From a virus: a stretch of DNA of 39,031 nucleotides. The position numbers and the translations under genes were made by a program. Location: the UHGV virus genome UHGV-0112814, one strand, 5' to 3'. Below, piece by piece: positions 10,147 to 20,409 of this stretch. How positions within the stretch are numbered: the first letter of the stretch is position 1; every line of letters starts with the position of its first letter. Below the pieces are notes generated by a model. It saw only the letters and a list, made by a program, of their open reading frames with translations. It was not told the origin of the DNA and did not search any database.

Positions 10147-10784
10147 TAATCAATCAACCCATGTGCACGCAAGGCGTCTTCCAAAGCCTTAGTGCGCCGA
10201 CGCTCAGCAATTAGAGCATTGGCTATAGCCTGGATTTCAGATTGCGTGTAAGTATCGCTAACGGTGAATGTCAGGTCAGCATTGAATACGCCTTTATTCG
10301 CCGTACCTGTTGCCGCGGTCCATCCAGTCTGGCGAGCGCCAACAACTTTTGTACCGTTAACAGAATAACTTCCTGATACGTTAAGGGATGAGGCAAGAGT
10401 TTGAGTTCCTGCTCTGCTGAGTGAAACATAATCAACGATTATCTCTGATACCTTACCGTCGATATCCTGAACTTTTATTTTCAGACCATTAACATCATTC
10501 TCTATTTCAAGAAGCTTTACTTTTATTCCTGAAATATCCTCTTCTGTTTTTGCAATTCTTTTTTCGTGCTCATCAAGAATTACATCCTGCTCATCATTTC
10601 TGACCTGCGCATCATAAGCACCGCCTCCTGCCTTATTTGCCTTTTCTGCAATGGAGCCAACATCAGTACCCTGATTTATGACATACAGAAGGTAAGACTG
10701 ACTGAATATGTTGCGAGGGAGAATAGATGCATCAATGCGTGTAGCCTGAACCACGACAGGCTTATTAAGTGACGGGTCTGCCAT
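10146..10784 (-). CDS. Tail needle protein (P22 gp26-like)
   Basis: N-terminus [43 protein letters not shown] matches the gp26 N-terminal tip; coiled-coil heptads follow. Confidence 0.85.
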   Translation of the reverse strand: MADPSLNKPVVVQATRIDASILPRNIFSQSYLLYVINQGTDVGSIAEKANKAGGGAYDAQVRNDEQDVILDEHEKRIAKTEEDISGIKVKLLEIENDVNGLKIKVQDIDGKVSEIIVDYVSLSRAGTQTLASSLNVSGSYSVNGTKVVGARQTGWTAATGTANKGVFNADLTFTVSDTYTQSEIQAIANALIAERRRTKALEDALRAHGLID

Positions 10785-10787
10785 ATT

Positions 10788-12206
10788 TTACTCCAGACGA
10801 ATTTGACACCCGGATAGTGTTACTGGTGACTTCGTGATAACGCGCAATTTGAAGCCGACATTTTTCCTGATGCGCCCGACTCGCTTCCACAAAACACGTT
10901 TGTCGTAAACGAACGGTTCATTCTGTTCAATCATCTGCTCACGCCCGTAATTGATGCCGTCAGTGGTTGCAGAGAGAAAAAGGCGGTCGGCGTACTGCGC
11001 AACGCCAGTTGACGATTCAACCTCAAGATCAAAGCATCTGGCGTTATCTGCTTTGAAGATTGGAGTAAACAGCAGGTGTTCCTGTTGCTTGTCGTACTGG
11101 CTGCTGATATCGAATTGCAATTTCCCGGTCACGGACTCCAGCTTATCGCCGCACGTTATCTGATTGCCTTCGTAAATGAAGTCGATAGCGCGGTACACAT
11201 CGTCATACAGGCCTGTTTTCAACACACACCATTGCGGACCATTAGCGCTTGAAGATGCATCGTATACGAGGACATGGCGCGGAAGATGGATAATCAGCAA
11301 CTCATGCGCATCAAAGCGCAGCGATTCCATCACACCATCAGCCAGTTCATCAGCAGTGTAGGAGCGTAGTATTTTCTCAATGCTCGCGCTGGCGATTGGT
11401 GATACCTGACCTGATCCGATGATGTATACAGACGGCGCACCCGTTGCCGGGTTGCTGATGAAAGCATAGGAATCAGCAAACGGCGTTTTGCAGTAAGTCC
11501 CGGCGATGCCTTTTTGCACCATCAGTGATGGCTGTGCGACATACAAAGCGGCACCAACGGTAGTTGCGCCTGTCAGGGAGAAATATTCAATCGTCGATGA
11601 ACCAAAGCAGACGATGAAGTCTCGCCATGTGCCTATGCCGATGATGCCATCAGGCTGAGATTCTGCGCGATATTGTGCGCTGTATCGGTCAGGATGCGAT
11701 TCGTCTTCAGGGTCAGTGATAAACCATGAATCAGTGCCGTCTTTTGACCACGCATAACGCCCACGTAAGCGCGTAATGTCACGAACAGAACCTAACTCAT
11801 ACTGCGTGAATCCGCTGTCTGTAGGCCAGTTTGAGACGGTTTTAACCGTGCCATCATAGCGATACTCGACCAGTTGACCATTAACGCCTACCGCCTGAGA
11901 TGTTCGACCATGCGCCATTGATACGCGACCACTTCCGGCAACATCACAGACCTCGCTTTCTCCCTTATACAACTTGCCACCGCAAACGCGATAAACAGCA
12001 TTCTGCGCCATGTTGTACTCGACACCGCGCGATACACCGTTCACATCAGAACGTTTGGCAATGCCCGGGAATGAGCGAAGATATCCGCTGCTGTTCAGGA
12101 TTTCTTTGGGTGTAGCCAGCATATTCACTGGCAGATAGTCGATATAGTCGGCGTTTCTAAAGTCTTTGCCGACGCCTTTCATGAGCGGAAGTTGCTGAAT
12201 CGGCAT
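10788..12206 (-). CDS. Tail hub/head-completion protein (P22 gp10-like)
   Basis: 472 aa, same length and position as P22 gp10. Confidence 0.8.
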   Translation of the reverse strand: MPIQQLPLMKGVGKDFRNADYIDYLPVNMLATPKEILNSSGYLRSFPGIAKRSDVNGVSRGVEYNMAQNAVYRVCGGKLYKGESEVCDVAGSGRVSMAHGRTSQAVGVNGQLVEYRYDGTVKTVSNWPTDSGFTQYELGSVRDITRLRGRYAWSKDGTDSWFITDPEDESHPDRYSAQYRAESQPDGIIGIGTWRDFIVCFGSSTIEYFSLTGATTVGAALYVAQPSLMVQKGIAGTYCKTPFADSYAFISNPATGAPSVYIIGSGQVSPIASASIEKILRSYTADELADGVMESLRFDAHELLIIHLPRHVLVYDASSSANGPQWCVLKTGLYDDVYRAIDFIYEGNQITCGDKLESVTGKLQFDISSQYDKQQEHLLFTPIFKADNARCFDLEVESSTGVAQYADRLFLSATTDGINYGREQMIEQNEPFVYDKRVLWKRVGRIRKNVGFKLRVITKSPVTLSGCQIRLE

Positions 12207-12215
12207 TTATTCACC

Positions 12216-12677
12216 TCACGTACTCGGATCATCTTTCTCGATGTAAAACCGATTCCACGTAAACGCGCTTTTGTTACCACTACCGCGAGGCATGTCATTT
12301 CGCCGCTCAAGTGGTGGTATTTTGGTTAAAGCGATACAGATTGTTTGATATGCACTGTCAGCAGCGGTAAGGAGAGCGTCTGACGGCTGAATGACGTTAT
12401 CCATGCACACTTGCACAGCGAGTTTCAAAGCGACGCCATCATTTGCCCATGCAGGGATACCTGAATCATCGTCAGGTAACGGCATGATGCCGTTTTCTGT
12501 ATCAGAAAACTGATACCCAAGCTCGATACCTTTCGCCTGCCATGCTGCCATCATGTCTTCGAGGTCATTAATGGCATCTTCAATTGCCTGAGGGTCAACA
12601 TCTGTCAACGTGGCATTGGAATACAACCCGGCTTTTCGTAAAGCCTTTAGAACGAGATCACCCTTCGTTTTTGCCAT
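12216..12677 (-). CDS. Tail accessory factor (P22 gp4-like)
   Basis: 153-aa ORF between coat and gp10; synteny and size. Confidence 0.65.
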   Translation of the reverse strand: MAKTKGDLVLKALRKAGLYSNATLTDVDPQAIEDAINDLEDMMAAWQAKGIELGYQFSDTENGIMPLPDDDSGIPAWANDGVALKLAVQVCMDNVIQPSDALLTAADSAYQTICIALTKIPPLERRNDMPRGSGNKSAFTWNRFYIEKDDPST

Positions 12678-12846
12678 CTTCTTCCGCCTTAGCCACTTTT
12701 TGCTTCGTTGCGGTTTCTTCAGGAGTTTTTACCCAACCTTTTTTCAGGTGAGATTTAACTTCTTCGTCATCAACAATGACGTAATCGACAGCAAACTGAC
12801 CACAGGTGATCATGTTGCCCGGCTTATAGAGCATTGTTCGTGCCAT
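12658..12846 (-). CDS. Small hypothetical protein between coat and gp4
   Basis: ATG at 12846 preceded by gggagaa RBS, directly after the post-coat terminator hairpin. Confidence 0.4.
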   Translation of the reverse strand: MARTMLYKPGNMITCGQFAVDYVIVDDEEVKSHLKKGWVKTPEETATKQKVAKAEEDGKNEG

Positions 12847-12857
12847 TGTCTTCTCCC

Positions 12858-12880
12858 AATAAAAATGGGGCCGAAGCCCC
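12858..12880 (-). terminator. Intrinsic terminator/attenuator immediately downstream of the coat gene
   Basis: On the minus strand: ggggcuucggcccc hairpin followed by a U-run, 8 nt after the coat TAA. Confidence 0.55.
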
Positions 12881-12887
12881 ACCAAAA

Positions 12888-14141
12888 TTACTGCCCGGCA
12901 ATAACGATGCCCGTATATTCAGGAACAAGTACAGAGCAACCGTACAGAGTGGTGAAACGAGCAGTGGTTACGCCTTTGATGTGGTCGAAGGCGTAAGACA
13001 TGATCAGCGTAGCGCCCTGCTCGGTGGTTGCCGTCATTACCTGTGGCCCCTGACCAGTTGGGAACGCCAGTTTGCCGTACATCAGTTCAACAGAACCATC
13101 AGCCCAGAACAGGTTAGCCGGTGCGGCATTTTTGTTGAGAATGGTGATTGCTGCGCTACTTGCCGCATTAGCATCAACGTTTGCATATGGACGGCTGGCG
13201 ACATCCGCGTTGTCAGGCGGCAGAATTTTCGGGGAGATAGTTACTGTCGTTCCGCTAACTGCCAGAACACGGAATACCTGCGGCTGCCCGGTGGTATCTT
13301 TGGTGATCTGGTGTACGGAATTCACCCCTGCGATGGTAAACGCATCGCCAACCTGCAAACCTTCAGCAGATACCGTAATGGTCCCCTGTCGGTTATCCAC
13401 TGGCATATCGTTAGCATCTTTCGCTTCAACCTTGTGCGCAGGTGCTGCTGCCAGCGTAATGGAAGTTGCTGTACCCTTCGGAACACGACCAGAAATATCG
13501 GTCTTGTAGCTATCAAAGGAAGCAACCGGAGGGATCTGCGCTTTTTCGTATGCTGTCAGGGTTGCGCCCTGAGCATAGGCACGGTGACCAAGCTCGCCAG
13601 CAAGGTCTTTGTAGTTGAAGGGGTTCCAGAAAGAGCGGCGGTTGATACCCTGTGGTACACCAATCGCCGTCATGGTGGCATCAATACCTGCCGCACAGTT
13701 CCACAAATCACGGCCCTGTGAACCAGTGGTTGAGTCAGCCATTGTGATCACGTTAGTAGCACGCTGCGTGACCATGGAAATCAGGTCAGAGTCAATCTGT
13801 GCAGCAAGGCGCATACCTGCGGCGCGACCAGCTTCAGTTTTATGTTCCGGGTCACGCATTTCACGCGCATCCAGAGTGTACAGAATGTTTTTCGGCTCCT
13901 TGAACACAGAAGGAACAAGGCGCTGAACCAGTGCTGTTGGCGTTTTGCTGCTGAGGTCGAGGCCTTCCTCAATATTCATGTGGTAATGCTGCGGACGATA
14001 CAGAACATCACCTGCTCGCTGCATTGCTGTATCACCGGGACGGAATTTTTTAGCGTTACGGGAAACTACGCAGGCGGCCTCAAATCCTTCAACGTAGTTT
14101 TCGAACATGATTTCAAGGTCTTTTGCTAATTGGTTAGCCAT
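12888..14141 (-). CDS. Major capsid (coat) protein, P22 gp5-like
   Basis: 417 aa, in coat position between scaffold and gp4; followed by attenuator hairpin. Confidence 0.85.
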   Translation of the reverse strand: MANQLAKDLEIMFENYVEGFEAACVVSRNAKKFRPGDTAMQRAGDVLYRPQHYHMNIEEGLDLSSKTPTALVQRLVPSVFKEPKNILYTLDAREMRDPEHKTEAGRAAGMRLAAQIDSDLISMVTQRATNVITMADSTTGSQGRDLWNCAAGIDATMTAIGVPQGINRRSFWNPFNYKDLAGELGHRAYAQGATLTAYEKAQIPPVASFDSYKTDISGRVPKGTATSITLAAAPAHKVEAKDANDMPVDNRQGTITVSAEGLQVGDAFTIAGVNSVHQITKDTTGQPQVFRVLAVSGTTVTISPKILPPDNADVASRPYANVDANAASSAAITILNKNAAPANLFWADGSVELMYGKLAFPTGQGPQVMTATTEQGATLIMSYAFDHIKGVTTARFTTLYGCSVLVPEYTGIVIAGQ

Positions 14142-14159
14142 GCTTAATGCTCCGATAGG

Positions 14160-15053
14160 TTATTTTTTTGCCTTTTTAGCGGCGAAATACGGCGTCCAGT
14201 CACCAGTTTCCAGCGCCTTGGCTTTCAGTTTGTCGAGGTTATTGATTACTGCGCCGTTGCTCCCCTTAACTGTCGGGGTTGTGGCTGCCGTGGTTTTTGC
14301 TTTTGGCATGATTTTGGCCTTTGATTCGATACGTTCCAGCAGACGACCAATTGCTACGGGGTTGGTAGCTTCTGCCAGTTGCTTGCGCAGTTCAGCGTTG
14401 CGGCCGAGTGCCAGAACAACGATTTCCGGCTTCTCTGACTCAAACAAGATCGCGTTTTGTGTCTCGATGGGGATTTCCTCGAGTACGGCCTGCTCAGCTT
14501 CCTGATAGCCAGGAACTTTGAGAGCCTTAACACGTTGCTGATATTTGGATAATCGCTCTTGATAGGCAGCCTGAAGCTCCTGCTCCTTCTGCTTGCGAGC
14601 CATCTCCTGTTGCTGGTACTTGCCGTTATCCTCTGCCCACTTAGCCATGCGTTGCTGATAGATTTCTTCATCGAAACCGATGTCCTCATCATCCAGTTTT
14701 GGCATTCGCGGTGGTTGAGTGATTACCGGCTGCTGCTCGACGGGTTTCTGAGACTGACGCATCAGCTCTTTCAGCTCGCGGTCTTTCTCTTTAATCGTCT
14801 TGCGCAGGTGTTTTACCAGTCCATGCTCTGCGCTATCTTCGCTGGTTGGCGAATCCAGCTTTTCTTCACCAAAGTAGAATTCCTGTTCTGATTCGTCGTC
14901 ATCAGTTTCAGTAGCTTCCTCTGCATCATTGCCGGAGGACTCACTGCCATCTTCTGTTTCGACTTCTTCAGCCAGTTCGACATCATCAGGAATCTGCTCT
15001 GACGCGTCGGTTTCGATTTCAACTTCTGGTGTGTTTTCTGCCATCTGGTCCAT
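14160..15053 (-). CDS. Scaffolding protein
   Basis: 297 aa, highly acidic N-terminus, coiled-coil, Lys-rich C-terminal tail; between portal and coat. Confidence 0.75.
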   Translation of the reverse strand: MDQMAENTPEVEIETDASEQIPDDVELAEEVETEDGSESSGNDAEEATETDDDESEQEFYFGEEKLDSPTSEDSAEHGLVKHLRKTIKEKDRELKELMRQSQKPVEQQPVITQPPRMPKLDDEDIGFDEEIYQQRMAKWAEDNGKYQQQEMARKQKEQELQAAYQERLSKYQQRVKALKVPGYQEAEQAVLEEIPIETQNAILFESEKPEIVVLALGRNAELRKQLAEATNPVAIGRLLERIESKAKIMPKAKTTAATTPTVKGSNGAVINNLDKLKAKALETGDWTPYFAAKKAKK

Positions 15054-15143
15054 TTGTTACCCCTGTTTACTCGATGTTCAGCCCATCGGAAGGCAATAGG
15101 GTGCCAGGCCTCATAAAGACAGCCATTGCACGTTATGGGTTAA

Positions 15144-17342
15144 TTACTGCTGTGGTTGTTGCCGGGTTGATTTTTGCAGGATGCTGCTGATGTCCATGCG
15201 CTGCGCATGGCCCTGTGCCTGACTTTTCAGGACAAGCTCTGCATCAGCACGGGCATTGTCTCCTTGCTGTTGCTGGAACTGTCCGAGCAGTTTCAGAGCC
15301 TCGCGGATATCAGATTTCTGCTGGCTATCGGCAGATGCGAGTATTTTCACAACATTTGCCGCTGCAACCTGAGCATCAGTCTGTGCCTGGAATGCTTTAA
15401 CCTGAATGGCTGCCTGTTCGTTCTGCGCTTTCTGCAATTCAGCCTGACCAACAAGAAGCTGACCTTGCGCTGCAACCATAGCCGGATCTGGCTGACTGGC
15501 CTGTTGTTGTTTCGCCTGTTCAACCATCTGCTGTTCTTCAGGCGTTCTCGGCTTGATAACGCCAGACAGAAGCAACTGATTGCGGTTGTATTCTTTCAGA
15601 TCGTCCATCCCTTCGCCGTCCATATTGTCGAGAATCATCGACGATACAAGGTCGTGCTTCGGCGTTCCTGGTGGGATAAGTGCCAGCATGGAAAGTAACG
15701 ACTTAACCGTTGCGTCACGGCGAGTAGCGAACGACTGACCGACATCGACAGTCACTTCATAGTTACCCTGCGAAAGGTCATTAAGCGCGATAACCTGCCC
15801 TGTCTGACGGTCAACCACTTCACCAGTCATCAGCGCCACGTCATCGCTGCCGTCCTCATTAACGATACGCATCGGCGTATCACTGCCATAGACTTCACGA
15901 GCCATAGAAAGCCACACGACGCCAGCACGGCGCATGGATTTAGCCATGTTGTCCATGTAGATATAGGACTGCGTGTCCATCCGGTTAAAGATGCTATCAA
16001 CGGTATCGGTAGCGACGTTGCTCGGCATGTTCTCAAGCTGCGACGCACCTGTAATTTGCTGAATAGCCGTTCCGGTGTACTGCAATAGCCCGGCAAGAGC
16101 TGGAGGCATTTGTGTCTGAGGCGTATAACTGCTGACCTGAGCCTGCGCAGTAATATCTCCGTTTTTGTTTTTCAGACTGACCATCGGCAGGAACGCCGGG
16201 CGCTTTTTGTTGCGCTCCGCCCAATGAGTGGCGAGAGGACCAGGAATCATGTCAACATCAACTACAGGAATGCCATCACCGCCAGCCTGAGTAGAGTTAT
16301 CTGCAATCATGGAAACCATCAGGTTCTCAAGACGCTGTGCATCCATCGCTTTTGCTGCGTGACCTTCGATTCGCTCCTGATTATCAACAAATGAACGACG
16401 CCCATATACCGGGATGAGAGGAATATGTTCGCCCGGAATGCGCTTCGGTTCTTCCAGCCATTCAGCGCCAGACAGAAGTCCACAATAAACGCGGCGTTTC
16501 TTTACTGTCCGCTCGCCAATCAGTTCGAATGCGCCATCGGTCAGCTCGTCAACAATATCTTTGATTTGCTCTTCATCATAGATTGCCGTTTCTCCGCTAA
16601 CAGGGTTGCGCCACGCCGTGAGCTTCACCTTCTCTATGCGAACTTCGTAGTAGCGTCCAACATAGATGGCATCGGGCGTTGACCAGTCATATTGAGTGCC
16701 AGTGCCATCACGAGAAAGGCTTGCCGCGGTGGAATCAGGGTATTCAGCCTCGAACGCTTTAGGCGTCATGGAGAACATTTCCATAGCCCACATAGCATCA
16801 GAGCGGTCATATTGCTTGCTGTCCTGATCAAAGAAGACGCATGTCGCTGGGTCGTAAACAGGGAGAAGGCTTATACGGCGTTGCTCGTTACTCGGATCCA
16901 TTTCATCTTCATAATCGGCACACATGCGGAAACAACCGAATCCGCCCGTTACGGCATCATCAAATGCGTTATCACACGCTTCGCCACCGGATGTTTCCTG
17001 ATAGTCAGCGCGGAATTTGCCGTTCATTTTTTCGGCTAACGCTTCCGATGCCTTGTCATCCTTCGGCCTGAATTTAACGCTGATGCGATTCTGTCGATAC
17101 TCGCCAATGATGCGATCACATTCACGGGCAATCTTATTCAGTTCAAAGCGCGGGTAATGCTCAAACCTGCCTTCATCAAATGAGTAACCAGCGTTTGTGC
17201 TGCCTTCCCACTGTGCGCCGGACACCCGGACGAAACGTTGAGCCTCAATAATCTGCTCACGCATATCCTGAGTTGCTGACCAGGCATTATCAAAGTTGCA
17301 CAGCACCTTGCGATGCCAGTCAGTCATCTTTTTTTCTGCCAT
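15144..17342 (-). CDS. Portal protein (P22 gp1-like, with C-terminal barrel extension)
   Basis: 732 aa; conserved blocks such as GEHIPLIPVYG and a Gln-rich C-terminal helix as in P22 portal. Confidence 0.9.
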   Translation of the reverse strand: MAEKKMTDWHRKVLCNFDNAWSATQDMREQIIEAQRFVRVSGAQWEGSTNAGYSFDEGRFEHYPRFELNKIARECDRIIGEYRQNRISVKFRPKDDKASEALAEKMNGKFRADYQETSGGEACDNAFDDAVTGGFGCFRMCADYEDEMDPSNEQRRISLLPVYDPATCVFFDQDSKQYDRSDAMWAMEMFSMTPKAFEAEYPDSTAASLSRDGTGTQYDWSTPDAIYVGRYYEVRIEKVKLTAWRNPVSGETAIYDEEQIKDIVDELTDGAFELIGERTVKKRRVYCGLLSGAEWLEEPKRIPGEHIPLIPVYGRRSFVDNQERIEGHAAKAMDAQRLENLMVSMIADNSTQAGGDGIPVVDVDMIPGPLATHWAERNKKRPAFLPMVSLKNKNGDITAQAQVSSYTPQTQMPPALAGLLQYTGTAIQQITGASQLENMPSNVATDTVDSIFNRMDTQSYIYMDNMAKSMRRAGVVWLSMAREVYGSDTPMRIVNEDGSDDVALMTGEVVDRQTGQVIALNDLSQGNYEVTVDVGQSFATRRDATVKSLLSMLALIPPGTPKHDLVSSMILDNMDGEGMDDLKEYNRNQLLLSGVIKPRTPEEQQMVEQAKQQQASQPDPAMVAAQGQLLVGQAELQKAQNEQAAIQVKAFQAQTDAQVAAANVVKILASADSQQKSDIREALKLLGQFQQQQGDNARADAELVLKSQAQGHAQRMDISSILQKSTRQQPQQ

Positions 17343-17343
17343 A

Positions 17344-18759
17344 TCAACCTACACCACAAGGAATTGAGTAACTGGAATAGTCGGGTTGCGCAGCCGACTC
17401 CGGGCAATGCATACACATCATCAGCGCATCAGCCAGGTTAGGAGATGGAATACCGAGCTTCTGCTTCATTTCGACCTTAGTCATAAGCTCCAGCTTCCCG
17501 TTATTATTGAATTTGCGCTGAATCTGCGTCAGTTCTGCAAACAGCTTCTCCAGCATCTTCTCGCCTATCGCTTCTTTGTCGAAACTCAGCATGTCGTCGG
17601 GGTCTGCATACTCACCGTAAACAACCGCCCGATATGTCAGATACAGCCTGTCAGCCAGCGCGTAATAGAATTGCGCTCGCTTATTGCGGAACACATCACC
17701 AATAGTGCGAACGTTGTCGCCCTGCACGACTTCATCAGCCCATGCTCCGGCCTGATATGGTGCATCTTCATCGAATGGCGATTCACTGCCCTTGAACATC
17801 GTGGCGGTGATTTTCTTGCCGGAGAACGCTTCCGTTGTCTGTCTGCGTAGCCCCGCACCGACGCCATCACCATCCCACAGGTAATGGTCAGCGCCGTCTT
17901 CAATCGCCAGCGAAGTAGCCCAGTCAGCACCCTCGTTGATGTCCATCAGCAGACCTTCGGCAATGCGCTTAACTACCGAACCGTGACGCGATGCGTAACC
18001 TTTAGCATCTGGCCCTGTATCTGATGGGTCATGCGCAGAGACAACCGCGCCCTTCGCTTTCCATCCGAGTTTCTTGTGCGCATCGGTTGCGGCTTCAAGC
18101 CATTCACGTTTGATGATTGCCATATCACTTGCGCTTACTGGCTCACCAAGCCAGATGTGACGATACAGTGTCGGATTTCTGCGTTTACACTCTTCCATCT
18201 CCAGACGGAGGACTTCAGGAAAATGCGGGTTGTCGGTGTAGTTCACCGTCAGCAGGCAAATATCATCGGGAGGATTTACGACGAATCGCTGATAGGTATC
18301 GTCGAGGATGTTTTTCGGGTTGAAACTTACCCATATTTCAGAGAACGGCTTACGGATGGTTGGAATCAGGATATCCCACGATTCCTTCGTTACCGCTTCC
18401 GCTTCTTCCACCCAGCAGATATCAATGCCTTCGAGCGATTTAATCTTCGTCGGGTTGTTTTTGATGCCGTAGAACATGAATTCAGCATTCGTTCCGAGAT
18501 GACGAATCATGGAACGCTGAATTTCAAACTCAGCCGAATACCCTTCCCGCTCTATGGTGTCTTCAAGCAACCGAATTACCGAATCGCTGATACTGTTTTG
18601 CAGCTCACGAGCGCAAAGTATGCGCACAGGCTGCCGACGCGCCGCTTCAACAAGCAGCCTCGCAATTGCCCATGATTTGCCGCTACCTCGACCGCCTTTG
18701 GCGACTTTGTAGCGATGCGCCTCAATGAACGGTTCAAAGATAGGATTAATCGAGGTCAT
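17344..18759 (-). CDS. Terminase large subunit
   Basis: 471 aa; Walker A-like KGGRGSGKS near the N-terminus; position upstream of portal. Confidence 0.9.
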   Translation of the reverse strand: MTSINPIFEPFIEAHRYKVAKGGRGSGKSWAIARLLVEAARRQPVRILCARELQNSISDSVIRLLEDTIEREGYSAEFEIQRSMIRHLGTNAEFMFYGIKNNPTKIKSLEGIDICWVEEAEAVTKESWDILIPTIRKPFSEIWVSFNPKNILDDTYQRFVVNPPDDICLLTVNYTDNPHFPEVLRLEMEECKRRNPTLYRHIWLGEPVSASDMAIIKREWLEAATDAHKKLGWKAKGAVVSAHDPSDTGPDAKGYASRHGSVVKRIAEGLLMDINEGADWATSLAIEDGADHYLWDGDGVGAGLRRQTTEAFSGKKITATMFKGSESPFDEDAPYQAGAWADEVVQGDNVRTIGDVFRNKRAQFYYALADRLYLTYRAVVYGEYADPDDMLSFDKEAIGEKMLEKLFAELTQIQRKFNNNGKLELMTKVEMKQKLGIPSPNLADALMMCMHCPESAAQPDYSSYSIPCGVG

Positions 18760-19196
18760 TTTCCGAATAGAGTGCTCATCGGTGATGTTTCAATCTGAAT
18801 TGCGCCGCCGTCTTTGCCTGTTAGTTCGTGATCAACCTTGTCGCGCCATTTATCCTTCTGTCGGTTCTTAAGCCAGAAGATGGCGGCGGTTGTATCAGGC
18901 GGGTAATACTTCTCAAGCGGAGTTTCGACAATTCTGTTTTCAATAACACGAATATCGATGTCTGGAGCCACGAAGCCCATAGCGCGTTGATAAAGACGGT
19001 CACTAACTTCTGCATCAGCAACGGCCTTACCCTTTTTTATGGACTCCGAAAACTCAGGATAATCAAGCTTCCACTTGTTAATAGTTGACTCACTGACTTC
19101 GAAGAAATCAGCAAGCTCTGCATCGGTGTAGCCCAGCAAGCACAGTTTGCGTGCCTGTTCGGCGTACGCCTCTTGATACTTTGTTGGGCGCGCCAT
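18756..19196 (-). CDS. Terminase small subunit
   Basis: 146-aa ORF with stop/start overlap onto TerL; HTH-like N-terminal region. Confidence 0.7.
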   Translation of the reverse strand: MARPTKYQEAYAEQARKLCLLGYTDAELADFFEVSESTINKWKLDYPEFSESIKKGKAVADAEVSDRLYQRAMGFVAPDIDIRVIENRIVETPLEKYYPPDTTAAIFWLKNRQKDKWRDKVDHELTGKDGGAIQIETSPMSTLFGK

Positions 19197-19198
19197 GT

Positions 19199-19441
19199 TT
19201 ATGCTCCGGTAGTGAACAGGTCTAACGCTTCCTTCGATTTACGCACCGCTTCAAATGTGCGGATCGTGATATCTGAATTAGCGCCACCTGACTGGAAGTG
19301 AATTTTGAATAGCTCAAGCTTCAGTTCGTCAGTGCCGATGAATTGAAATGCTTCCTCTGCGGCTGCGTTCTGGTTCATGACCAGCTTGTAAATCTCTAAC
19401 TGGAATTTCTGTTCTTCAGTCATGGGAATAATCTCTGCCAT
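19199..19441 (-). CDS. Hypothetical protein upstream of the terminase genes
   Basis: 80-aa ORF with ggag RBS, immediately upstream of TerS. Confidence 0.5.
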   Translation of the reverse strand: MAEIIPMTEEQKFQLEIYKLVMNQNAAAEEAFQFIGTDELKLELFKIHFQSGGANSDITIRTFEAVRKSKEALDLFTTGA

Positions 19442-19668
19442 TGTTGGCTCCGTTTATCCGTTAAAAGGGATATCAGTTAAGTTATCCCGTGCAGGGTATA
19501 AGCCATTGTCGAGACCACTCATTGAATGGCCTCTGCAATAACCGATGTCTTTCCATCAGTCCGCCACCACAAAGAATCTTTTTTGCCATAAGGCAGGAGG
19601 TTCATCTTTCAGTGGCTGCCAGTGTTATTTCCCCACTTACTGGCTTGGGTTGCTTCGTGGTACTGCCG

Positions 19669-20211
19669 TTAACTGGTGAGTCCGGGGATTACGGTTTGCC
19701 CGTGCTGTTCAAGGCGTTCAATTCTCGCCAGTAGCTGAGGCTTCTTAATTTTTCCCCAGCGATTGAGCAGACGACCTGACATGCTGGCAACATCCTTCTC
19801 TTTCATGTACTCCAGCATTACGGCATTTCTCTCTTCTTCAAATTGACGATGACCAACCTGAAGCATGGCGTACATCCAGTTAAATGCGTTGATGTAAGCA
19901 ATTTTGATACGCATTGCTTCTTTTTTGGTGTAGGACATAACCAAAAGCATCAACCCATCCTTACGGAGACGGTAGAATTTTTGCGGCTTACCATTCTGTA
20001 ACTCATTGTTTTTATAGCAAAGCTCAAAGTTGAGCTTTGTATCAAACTCAGGAGGGCAAGCTTCTATGGTTCGCTCAATGTCACGGACTACGTTCTTCGG
20101 CAGCTTTCCAAATGCTTTTGCCACCATAAAAGAATCTGTAACCGGATCGTTGTTTGCTACAAAAATTAGGTCTCTGAAATCTATATCGTTAACAACGGTT
20201 GGGTAGTTCAT
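19669..20211 (-). CDS. rha: Rha-family phage regulatory protein
   Basis: N-terminal region around NNDPVTDSFMVAKAFGKLPKNVVRDI is Rha-domain-like; start taken at MNYPTVV. Confidence 0.7.
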   Translation of the reverse strand: MNYPTVVNDIDFRDLIFVANNDPVTDSFMVAKAFGKLPKNVVRDIERTIEACPPEFDTKLNFELCYKNNELQNGKPQKFYRLRKDGLMLLVMSYTKKEAMRIKIAYINAFNWMYAMLQVGHRQFEEERNAVMLEYMKEKDVASMSGRLLNRWGKIKKPQLLARIERLEQHGQTVIPGLTS

Positions 20212-20352
20212 TGCGTCTTTACCTTTTAGAAAGTGAGCCTGTCTCACAGAAAAGCCGCCCGAGAGAGGTCGCCACCTATAACGGCATTTCTCAGGCTCGC
20301 TTACTGAAAGGCTCTCGTTAATATGCGCGTGAGATGCGCGTTTACTGCGGAC

Positions 20353-20379
20353 ATAAAAAAGCCCCGCATCGCGAGGCTC
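20353..20379 (-). terminator. Intrinsic terminator downstream of Rz
   Basis: Minus-strand hairpin agccucgc-gau-gcggggcu (one G.U pair) followed by uuuuuu. Confidence 0.5.
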
Positions 20380-20409
20380 ATTAAATGGACTTTGTGATTT
20401 GCAAAAAAA

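Noticed and set aside
12834-13721. 295-aa plus-strand ORF antisense to the coat gene (similar antisense ORFs at 15174..15698, 18031..18675, 26898..27632, 29447..29818)
   Set aside because: Each lies antisense to a well-supported gene, lacks an RBS and has biased, low-complexity composition typical of shadow ORFs.
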